A stretch of 20,000 nucleotides of DNA from Malacoraja senta. Lineage: Eukaryota. This document shows, in pieces, positions 1-8,051 of the stretch (position 1 is its first letter; every line of letters begins with the position of its first letter). The notes beneath the pieces were generated by a model. That model saw only the letters and a program-made list of their open reading frames with translations, was not told the origin of the DNA and made no database searches. The DNA lies in NCBI GenBank assembly GCA_038087875.1, contig JAXLNO010000650.1, positions 53,745 through 73,744 of the forward strand, written 5' to 3'. The translations under genes were made by a program, and so were the position numbers.

Positions 1-336
1 CTGAAGACATTTCCAGCACAATAGGGTCAGTGAGTGGGGTGTGTGTGAATCAGTGCGGGTGGATAGATGGCGGGGGTGGGGGGTTAGAAGGCAGTCGGTG
101 CAGAATGGATGGATTGAGGCAGGTGAATTAGTATGTGTTGGTTGGAGTAGGTAAAATTGTGAGGGGAAAGCACCGGGGATGTCAGTGGTGTTGAATGGGG
201 GGGTTCAGTACGGGATGGATGGGGGTAGACAAAAGTGCTGGAGAAACTCAGCAGGTGAGGCAGCATCTATGGAGCGAAGGAAATAGGCAACGTTTTGGGT
301 CGAGACCCTTCTTCAGACTGTTCCCCCCATTCTTCT

Positions 337-775
337 TGAATGGGAGGATCAGTACAGAATGGATGGGGGGGGGGAGATCAGCGCAGGATGAATGGGAGGA
401 GGTGGGTCAGTACAGTGTGGATCATAGGGTCTGTGCAGGATGAATGGGAGATCACTACAGGATGAATGAGGGGAAGGTGCAGGGTAAATGGAGGGTGGGT
501 CAGTACGGGATGAATGCGTGGATTAGTACAGGATGGATGGGGGATCAGTACAGGATGGATGGAGGAGAAGTGCAGGATGGATGGGAAGGGGGGTAAGTAC
601 AGGATGAATTGGGGACCAGTGTAGGATGGATGGGGGGTGGCAGGAGAATCAATGCGAGGTGGATAGGGTGATCAGATCAGGATGAATAGATGGGGGGGTG
701 TAGATGTGGAGGGGAGCATAGGGGATGTCAGTGAGGACTGAATAGAGGCGGGAATGGGGATCAGTGTGGGATGGA
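337..775. repeat. Degenerate purine-rich tandem repeat, unit about 20-24 bp (GGGGATCAGTACAGGATGAAT)
   Basis: Many copies of CAGTACAGGATG(A/G)ATGG with variable G runs; similar units also occur at about 20-225. Confidence 0.8.
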
Positions 776-821
776 GAGGAGGGGTCCCAGGATAAGGGAG
801 GGGGGGTGGAGGGGGTGTACA

Positions 822-847
<26 letters not shown>
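822..847. repeat. (AG)n microsatellite
   Basis: Direct reading. Confidence 0.95.
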
Positions 848-854
<7 letters not shown>

Positions 855-978
855 CGAGGTGGGGAGGAAGGAAGGTCAGCGCTTCTCGGACAACATCGCC
901 CCGCTGCCTTGGCCGTTGGGATTTCCTCGCCACCGCCTCCCTCCTCCGCCAGCCAACAGCAAGGTGCGGGGCCGGGCG

Positions 979-1022
979 GTGCAGCTCAAAGATCCTATAG
1001 CTATAGGATCTTTGGTGCAGCT
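979..1022. mobile_element. TIR-only DNA-transposon remnant: 14+14 bp palindrome flanked by 8-bp target-site duplication
   Basis: GTGCAGCT (979-986), CAAAGATCCTATAG (987-1000), CTATAGGATCTTTG (1001-1014), GTGCAGCT (1015-1022). Confidence 0.75.
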
Positions 1023-1028
1023 GCTTCA

Positions 1029-1348
1029 GAAGGGTCGGAGCGAATGACAGGCCCCGCACAGAGGCAGCAGCGGCTGCGACAGCGGCTCCATCTCCTCCCA
1101 GATAGCGGCCACTGCTTGCAAATCCGCTAACGGTGCTTTCAAAACAAAGCCTCCCTCCCTGCCTCGGCGTCCTCCCTCCCTCCTTCCTGCCTCGGCGTGC
1201 GGGAGGGTTTGTTTTGAAAGTGCCGTTAGCGGATTTGCAAGCAGCGGCCCTTATCAGGGCAGGCAGGGTGCGGGAGGAGGAGGAGATGGAGCCGCTATTG
1301 CGGCCGCTGCTGCCGCTGTGCGGGGCCCGTCATTCGCTCCGACCCTTC
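1029..1348. repeat. Long imperfect inverted repeat (foldback/MITE-like)
   Basis: The left arm 1029-1155 (GAAGGGTCGGAGCGAATGAC...CTGCTTGCAAATCCGCTAACGG..CTTTCAAAACAAA) pairs with the right arm 1201-1348 (TTTGTTTTGAAAG..CCGTTAGCGGATTTGCAAGCAG...GTCATTCGCTCCGACCCTTC). Confidence 0.85.
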
Positions 1349-1494
1349 GTCACACCGCATCTAGTATCTGCCCCGCACGACAGCCATCGCCGACACGAAA
1401 CGTTGCGTTCCTTTTCTTCAGAGATGCTGCCTGACCAGTGGAGTTACTCCAGTTTTTTGTGTCTATCTTCGGTATAAACCAAGTTGCCAACCCT

Positions 1495-1577
1495 TGCAAA
1501 ATGACTCGCCGTTTAGGTTGCCCGGCGGCACTTTGGATGGTCAGTGGCACCCGGGCAACCGCTAATTTCGAGCCCTG
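1495..1577. mobile_element. Probable hAT-like terminal fragment
   Basis: Ends AATTTCGAGCCCTG (5'-CAGGGCTCGAAATT on the minus strand), with an internal inverted pair GGTTGCCCGG / CCGGGCAACC. Confidence 0.4.
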
Positions 1578-1725
1578 TAGGGACAATTTACAACTTTACA
1601 AATCCAATTGGCCTACAAACCTATACGTCTTTGGAGTGTGGGGGGAAATCGTGGCTCCCAGAGAAAACCCACGCAAGTTACAAAGAGATTGTATAAACTC
1701 TGTTCAGCACCCATAGTCAGGATAT
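1578..1725 (-). mobile_element. HE1/V-SINE-like fragment
   Basis: Reverse-complement homologue of 14170-14300 (AGGGACAATTTACA...CCAATT..CCTACAAACCT..ACGTCTTTGGAGTGTGGG..GAAA). Confidence 0.75.
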
Positions 1726-1844
1726 GGGTGCTAACCAGGGAGTTACGGAGGGAACGGTCTCTGCGGAAAGCAGAAAGAGGAGGAGATGGGATATTTCCAC
1801 CCTGGGAAATAGGTTCTAACTGTAGGAAATAGGTTCTAACTGTC

Positions 1845-2072
1845 CTCCCTATTTATGCCTCTCATAATTGTATATACTGCTATCAGGTCTTCCCTCCACC
1901 TCTGGCATTCCAGAGAAAACAATTCAAGTCTGTCCAACCTCTTCTCATAGCTAATACTCTCTAATCCAGATATCATTTTGGTCAACCTTTCCTGCACACT
2001 TTCCATAGTTTCCATACCCTTCCTGTAATGGGGTGACCAGAATTGCATGCAATACTCCAAATATGGCCTAAC
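1845..2072 (-). mobile_element. CR1 LINE fragment
   Basis: LVRPYLEYCMQFWSPHYRK...LELFSLE..R.R.DLI.VY.IMRGI in the ORF track. Confidence 0.88.
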
Positions 2073-2410
2073 CAAAAGATAGATACAAAGTACAGGAGTA
2101 ACTCCAGGCAGCATCTCTGGAGAAAAAGGATGGATGACATTTCAGGTCGGGACCCTTCTTCAGGCTGCAGAAGTAATTTATTTTGGCATCATATTCGGCA
2201 CAGACATTGAGGGCTAAAGGGCCTGTTCCTGAGCTGCACTGTTCTATGTTCAATCGTTTTATCTGAGTTAGAATCTGCTGTCTAAGCACATGCACAGGGG
2301 TCACTGAAACTGAGAAAGGGATAGGTGGCAAAAGGTTCCTGAGATAAACTGCAGTACTTTATCACAACCAAAGGGGGAAACAGAGCTCAATTCAGAGAAG
2401 CTGATCATTC

Positions 2411-2540
2411 TGTCTGAAGAAGGGTTTCGGCCCGAAACGTTGCCTATTTCCTTCGCTCCATAGATGCTGCTGCACCCGCTGAGTTTCTCCAGCATTTTTG
2501 TGTACCTTCGATTTTCCAGCATCTGCAGTTCCTTCTTTAA
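2411..2540 (+). repeat. Dispersed short repeat with minimal hammerhead core (Penelope-like terminal repeat derivative), best copy
   Basis: CTGAAGAAGGGTTTCGGCCCGAAACGTT followed by GATGCTGC..ACCCGCTGAGTTTCTCCAGCA. Related copies at 228-320(-), 1395-1480(+), 2072-2163(-), 3568-3694(-), 6283-6440(+), 8947-9020(+), 14480-14568(-) and 17433-17556(-). Confidence 0.75.
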
Positions 2541-3069
2541 CATTCTGTCTCACGTTGCTCTGTTATACACCAAAGAAATGTGTTAACAAATCCTGTCATT
2601 GTTTGACCACAGTTGCAGGAAAAAAGAACTAGTTTATTTTCACTTCCCACATTTCGTTAGACTGTGCCTGGTAGTTCTACAAAAACTTCACAGACCTTAC
2701 GAGAATGACTTGCACTTACATAGCAACTCTATCAGAGTAACACTTCCCAAGAGTATCTTCAAAAAAAGAACAGACACTTAGCCACATATAAAATGGGATT
2801 AGATAAATGGGTGCTGGAGACTATTCAGCCCATTGAATCTATGCCAACATGGAACCATCCCATTAATTTGCATTGTAACTTGTTCTCTTCATATTTCCTT
2901 CCCATCAACATGGTGGCATAGTTGGTATGCAGTAAACTAGGTTAGAGGAGGTGAACCTCTGCCTCACTTGGAAGGACTGTTCAGGATGGCACTGACTTGT
3001 ATAAAGCATTTCAAACTCATGGATTCCGCAGCCTCAGGGGGGTACTTCAGGACTGTCATCACTTGTAGG

Positions 3070-3378
3070 CTACACCATTACATCGATGACCCCATAGACG
3101 TCCCTGGCCAGGAACTGCCCCGAAAGCAGTGGACAACCCTCAACCGCTTGAGGACAGGCATCGGACGCTATGGAGTAGCGATGAAGAGGTGGGGGCTCGT
3201 GGACAGCGCCTCCTGTGAGTGTGGGGACCCAACACAGACAGTGGAGCACATAGTCACCAGTTGCCCCAAACACCGGCCACCGAATGGTGAACGAGGTCTG
3301 ATTGACCTGGACGATGACACGTTGACCTGGCTCGCCTCAACGTAGCTGCAGGTCTAAAAGACACACGACAGAAGAAGA
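3070..3378 (+). mobile_element. 5'-truncated non-LTR retrotransposon 3' end with CCHC zinc knuckle (RTE-X / I-group-like)
   Basis: WTTLNRLRTGIGR...WGL..SASCECGDPTQTVEHIVTSCP (C-x-C-x8-H-x4-C); short 3' UTR ending ACACGACAGAAGAAGA, a (GAA)n tail. Confidence 0.8.
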
Positions 3379-4134
3379 CGTGAGGTGAGAAAATAAGAAA
3401 TAGCTCATCTACTCGGGCCAAGATCGGACTTTTCAGAGACTAGGAAGTTGCAAGCTGGCAGGCGACTCTTGTGGCGACTCTCTGCGTGGCGTTCGAGAAG
3501 AAGATGTATTGCACGCATCTACAGTATGGTTTCACGGGATAGTATGCAGAACAAGATTTTCACTGTAGGATGGAACTGCAGATGTTGGTTTATACGGAAG
3601 ATGGACACAAATTGCTGGAGTAACTCAGCGGGCCAGGCAGCATCTCTGGAGAAAAGGAATAGGTGACGTTTTGGGTCGGAACCCTTCTTCAGACTGTCAC
3701 ATTATAAAGCTTTTCACTGTGTCTTTGTTTTGTTTAGTTTAGTTTATCACAACGAGTACCGCGGTACAAATGAAAAGCTTTTGTTGTGTGCTATCCAGTC
3801 AGCAGAAGGACAATACATGATTACAATTGAGCCATTCGCGGTGCAAAAGAAATGTTGCTGTAGGAGTAGAGATTTATGAGCGTGGAGCGAATGTAATACG
3901 AGTTTGTAGATCTGCTTCTGTGACTAGCACACAAATAGTCGCATGTGTTGGCGCCATCTGCACATGACTATAAACTCATGGCCGTCCAAAGGTGGGGTGT
4001 GTTGGGTGCGCTCGCACCCCCCTTTTTTTCCCAGAAAGAAGAAAATCCCGAGAAAAAATAAAATTGCAGCGCAATCAGCGTTTACCCAAAACTTTGGTTC
4101 CGGCCGCTGGATGATTTTGGGGGGGCGGGGGGGG

Positions 4135-4193
4135 GGAATGCGACCATCCGTGCCTGCGCAGTTGGGGGAAGCAGGCACGGATGGTCGCATTCC
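4135..4193. repeat. Perfect 23-bp inverted repeat with 13-nt loop
   Basis: GGAATGCGACCATCCGTGCCTGC (4135-4157) and GCAGGCACGGATGGTCGCATTCC (4171-4193); extended by flanking poly-G and poly-C. Confidence 0.9.
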
Positions 4194-4691
4194 TCCCCCC
4201 CCCCAAAAAGAAAGAGGGGGAGGGAAGGGAGGGGGAGAGAGAGAGATGAGAGGGAGGGGAGAGAGATGGGGAGGGAGAGAGAGGTGGAGGGGAGAGGGTA
4301 AGGGGGGTTATCTTTAGTGAGATTGCAAAATTAAGGAACGTTTTAGAGCTATTCTATTTTCTTCTCCATATGAACAATATCAAATAATAGGGAGGCTGCA
4401 TGGCAGTTGGGTCACGACCCATGACCCATACTGTTGCCCTGCAACGCCAACTGGAGTACACGCGGTGAACTGCAGGTAAGCAATTACCATGGATTCCAGT
4501 GTAGCGGGCCCGTCTGCTGTCCCAGCATCCAGACTCCACGCTGACTGGTTCCACACTCGCAGACCCCGAGCCGTCTAACCCCGCGGCCGGGGGTGGGGAG
4601 GAGGTCGGTGGGGGTGTACCGATGGGTAGGTGGAGGGACCAGACTGTCCACAACTCTGCTGCAGCTGAGGGGCACGTTGCCAGGTTTTTGT

Positions 4692-5222
4692 CCCCATGGT
4701 CCTCAATTCCCCTACCCTGGGCAAAAGACTCTGTGCATCTACCCGATCTATTCTTCTAATGATTTTGTATACCTCTATAAGATTTCCCCTCATCCTCCTG
4801 CACTCCATGGAATAGAGTCCCAACCTACTCAACCTCTCCCTATAGCTCACACCATCTAGACCTGGCAACATCCTCATACATCTTCTCTGTACTCTTTCCA
4901 GTTTGATATTTTTCCTATAACATGGTGCCCGGAACTGAACACAATATTCTAAATGCGGTCTCACCAACGTCTTATACAACTGCAACATGACCTCCCAACT
5001 TCTAAACTCAATACTCTGACTGATGAAGGCCAAGGTGCCAAAATACTTTTTGACTACCTGATGTACCTGCGACTTGACATTCAAGGAACCATGCAACCAT
5101 CAACCATTCCTCTGCCCACCTGGCCAATTGATCTAGATCCTGCTGCAATCTTTCACAACCATCTTCACTATCTGTAAAACCACTCACTTTTGTATCATCA
5201 GCAAACTTGCTAATCCTGCCCT
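4692..5222 (-). mobile_element. CR1 LINE fragment
   Basis: [34 protein letters not shown]...LPGLDGVSYRERLSRLGLYSME in the ORF track. Confidence 0.9.
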
Positions 5223-5267
5223 GTTCTGTGACGTTTCAGAGTGCTGGAGTAACTCAGTGGGCCAGGC

Positions 5268-5822
5268 TGAGTATAGAAGTTGAGAGGTCATGTTGCGGTT
5301 GCATAAGAAGTTGGGGAGGCCGCATTTAGAGTATTGTGTTCAGTTCTGGGCACCATGTTATAGGAAAGATGTCATCAAACTGGAAAGGGTACAGTGAAGA
5401 TTTACGAGGATGTTGCCAGGACTAGAGGGCCAGAGCTATAGGGAGAGGTTGAGTAGGCTGGGAATCTATTTCATGGAGCACAGGAGGATGAGGGATGGTC
5501 TAATAGAGGTGTATAAAATCATGATTTGAATAGATCAGGTTGAGTCTTTTGCCCAGCATAGGTGAATCGAGGAGCAGAGAACATAAGTTTAAGGTGAAGG
5601 GGAAAAGATTTAATAGGAATCTGAGGGGTATATTTTTCACAGAAAGGGTGGTAGGTGTATGGAATAAGCTGCCAAAGCAGGTAATTGAGGCAGGGACTAT
5701 CGCAATGTTTAAGAAACAGTTAGACAGATATATGGATCAAACGTGGGCAGGTGGGACTAGTGCAGATGGGACATGCTGGGCCGAAGGGCCTGTTTCCACA
5801 CTGTATCACTCTATGACTCTAT
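5268..5822 (+). mobile_element. CR1 LINE 3' fragment
   Basis: Nucleotide homology in opposite orientation to 4692-5010; FKVKGKRFNRNLRG.FFT.RVVGVWNKLP; 3' UTR GGGCCGAAGGGCCTGTTTCCACACTGTAT. Confidence 0.9.
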
Positions 5823-6100
5823 CTATCTTTCCCTCTCAAACCCATTTTCTCCTGCATTCTCCCCATTACGTCTGACACCCGTATCAATCAAGAATCTATC
5901 AATTTCCTCCTGAAAAATGTCCATTGACTCGGCCTCCGCAGCTGTCTGTGGCAATTAATTCCACAGTTCACCACCCTCTGACTGAAGAAATTCCTGCTCA
6001 TCTCCTTCCTAAAGGAACATCTTTTAATTCTGAGACTGTGGCCACTGGTCCTAGACTCTCCCACTAGTTGAAACATGCTCTCCACGTCCATTCAATCCAG
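5823..6100 (-). mobile_element. CR1 LINE fragment
   Basis: DVESMFQLVGESRTSGHSLRIK.CSFRKEMSRNFFSQRVVN in the ORF track. Confidence 0.88.
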
Positions 6101-6591
6101 GCTTTTTACCAGGCTGGGACAGACTGCAACAGCTTCACACCATGTCCCAAAGTTCGTGTCCTGTCCTGCATCACCCAAGGCAGCAGAAACATTATAGGAG
6201 AGGGCAAGCACCGTCACAAAGTAGCTCAGGATGGTTTTGGTAACATTCAGGAATGTCTATACATGTCATATTATGAATATTACTGAAGAAGGGTCTTGAC
6301 CCGAAATATAATCTATACCTTTTCTCCAGATATGTTGCCTGACCCGCTGAGTTACTCCAGCACTCTATGAAATGTCACCTATCCATATTCTCCAGAGATG
6401 CTGCCTGACCCACTGAGTTACTCCAGCACTTTGTGTCTATTTTCCCTTCACCCATCTGCCCAAGCCCACCCTCCCCCCCTTCTCTGCGATGTTCCTTTCC
6501 ACCCATAAACCTCACTCTGCCTTTACATTTCACTCCTCTTTCAAATCTGCTCTACTTATCTACGTGCATTTTTCTTCTTACCTTTTTCGTC

Positions 6592-6832
6592 AGTGATGCA
6601 GTGTGGAAACAGGCCCTTCAGCCCAACTTGCCCACACCGAACAACATGTCCCATCTACACTAGTCCCACTCACACGAGTTTGGCCCATATCCGTCTAAAC
6701 CTGTCCTATCCATGTACGTGTCCAAATGTCTCTTAAACATTAGGATAGTCCCAGCCTTAACGACCTCCTCTGGCAGCTCGTTCCATACACCCACCACCCT
6801 TTGTGTGAAAAAGCTAACTCTCAGATTCCTGT
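6592..6832 (-). mobile_element. CR1 LINE 3' end
   Basis: Reverse-complement homologue of about 5615-5805 (GGAAACAGGCCCTTCAGCCCAAC...CCCACCACCCTTTGTGTGAAAAA...CTCAGATTCCT). Confidence 0.82.
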
Positions 6833-7063
6833 TAATTTCTCAAATATTGGTCATAAATTTGGTGCAAAAATGCTCCAAAATAAGGCTCAGAATGCATCAG
6901 AGAGCATCTAAAACCGCAGAGCCAAAAGTCCCTCGAAGACCGCGGCATCGAGGGACTTCACGCTTCACGCTCGTGATGTGCACAGCGCGCACATTATTTC
7001 ACATTAAAATGTTTGTAATCCTGTCATGCCACCCCCCTTTTTGAAAAGCTTCGTATGGGCCTG
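6833..7063. mobile_element. Probable non-autonomous hAT-like DNA transposon end
   Basis: Terminates in CACCCCCCTTTTTGAAAAGCTTCGTATGGGCCTG (5'-CAGGCCC on the minus strand). Internal GGCTCAGAATGCATC resembles motifs recalled from hAT MITEs. No partner TIR was found. Confidence 0.45.
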
Positions 7064-7116
7064 AAACTAAATGAAAGATTCTACAATTTGGATGAGAAAG
7101 CACACGGTGAGTATGG

Positions 7117-7229
7117 AGATGACACTAAACGTTGCAGCAGGTTTGCAGATGACAGTGCAACGTTGCAGCAAGTTTGCAGATGACAGTGTAACGTTGCCGC
7201 AGGTTTGCAAACGACACTGTAACGTTGCA
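7117..7229. repeat. 31-bp minisatellite, about 3.6 copies
   Basis: AACGTTGC at 7128, 7159, 7190 and 7221; unit is approximately AACGTTGCAGCAGGTTTGCAGATGACAGTGT. Confidence 0.9.
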
Positions 7230-7289
7230 TTAGTTTAATGTGGAGGTTGCCGGAACCTGGAGCTGATGGAGATAAAGTGCTGGAATAAG

Positions 7290-7730
7290 TCAGCGGGCCG
7301 AGCGGCGTCTGTGGGGATCGATGGACGTGGAGGAAGACCCAGCCGGCTGCTGCCAGTGAAGCTGATTCACGATGGAAATGTTTATATCTGAGACGGGGAG
7401 CAGAATCTGACGCGCGGGCGGGCGGGCGGTGCGAGGCCTTGAACCGGAGCCACGGCGTCGCCCGGCAACGGCGGCGGGAGGGAGGGGGGAGGGAGGGAGG
7501 GAGGGAGGGAGGGAGGGCGCGGGCACGTCACCGCGATAACGTCAGGTGGCCTGCGTCACGGGGTCCGACGTCATCACGCTCTGCGACGCCCCGACGTCAT
7601 CGCCAAGATGTCGACTGCTATGAACTTCGGCGGCAAGAGGTTCAGCCCGCAGCCGCCAGAGCGCGGCTCCTTCCCTCTCGACCACCTGGGTAGGCGGTCG
7701 TTGGATTGGACGTACAGGGCAGCGTCTGGG
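7290..7730 (+). promoter_or_regulatory. CpG-island promoter of COX19
   Basis: CpG-dense, GC-rich stretch spanning exon 1. Contains GC boxes (GGGCGG repeats near 7416-7429), five CGTCA CRE/ATF half-sites (7526, 7540, 7554, 7569, 7595), an X-box-like site at 7457-7469 and a (GGGA)n tract near 7477-7517. No obvious TATA box. Confidence 0.85.
7608..7689 (+). CDS. COX19: COX19 cytochrome c oxidase assembly factor, coding exon 1
   Basis: ATG at 7608 gives [27 protein letters not shown](G), matching the vertebrate COX19 N-terminus (MSTAMNFG...PP..GSFPLDH.G). Donor G|GTAGGC at 7690; 82 nt, phase 1; lies in a CpG island. Confidence 0.97.
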
Positions 7731-7791
7731 ATGTCCCCTCCCTCGTATATCTCTCCCCCACCCTTCCTCCCCCTCCCCGTCTTCTCCCACT

Positions 7792-7797
<6 letters not shown>

Positions 7798-7834
<37 letters not shown>

Positions 7835-7862
7835 CCTCCCTCTCTCTCTTCCCCCTCTCTCC
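7798..7862. repeat. (TC)n microsatellite within a polypyrimidine tract
   Basis: Direct reading; start of COX19 intron 1. Confidence 0.95.
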
Positions 7863-8051
7863 CTACCATCTCCATCCCGTCCCTCATCTCTTCCGTTCTC
7901 ATCTCCTGTTTCCTCCCCATTTTCATCCTCGGTCTCCTACACTCCAATAATAACACCCCCTCTAGTGGTCTTGATACATTTTTTCAGTTCTGACCTGAAA
8001 TGTCACAAAATGCTGGAGTAACTCATCAGGTTACGTAGCCAGGGCACTCAT

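Noticed and set aside
649..1477. Several overlapping 60-136 aa ORFs
   Set aside because: They arise from GC-rich, microsatellite and palindromic sequence that lacks stops; no recognisable domains.
2968..3345. Host zinc-finger gene
   Set aside because: The motifs and (GAA)n tail identify a truncated LINE ORF2 C-terminus. The ORF's N-terminal part is unrelated flank beginning at a non-ATG codon.
3410..3447. Second 5S-like fragment on the minus strand
   Set aside because: Only a short, gapped resemblance (CTGAAAAGTCCGATCT), compatible with chance.
6100..6260. Open minus-strand frame (TFLNVTKTILSYFVTVLALSY...) as an exon
   Set aside because: No convincing polypyrimidine acceptor, a weak donor and no recognisable homology.
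7117..7229. CRISPR-like regularly spaced repeat
   Set aside because: Units are contiguous tandem copies without unique spacers; the context is vertebrate and there are no cas genes.
7608..8021. 137-aa ORF as a single-exon protein
   Set aside because: Only the first 27 codons are COX19. The rest is read-through into the intron 1 (TC)n tract past the GT donor at 7690.
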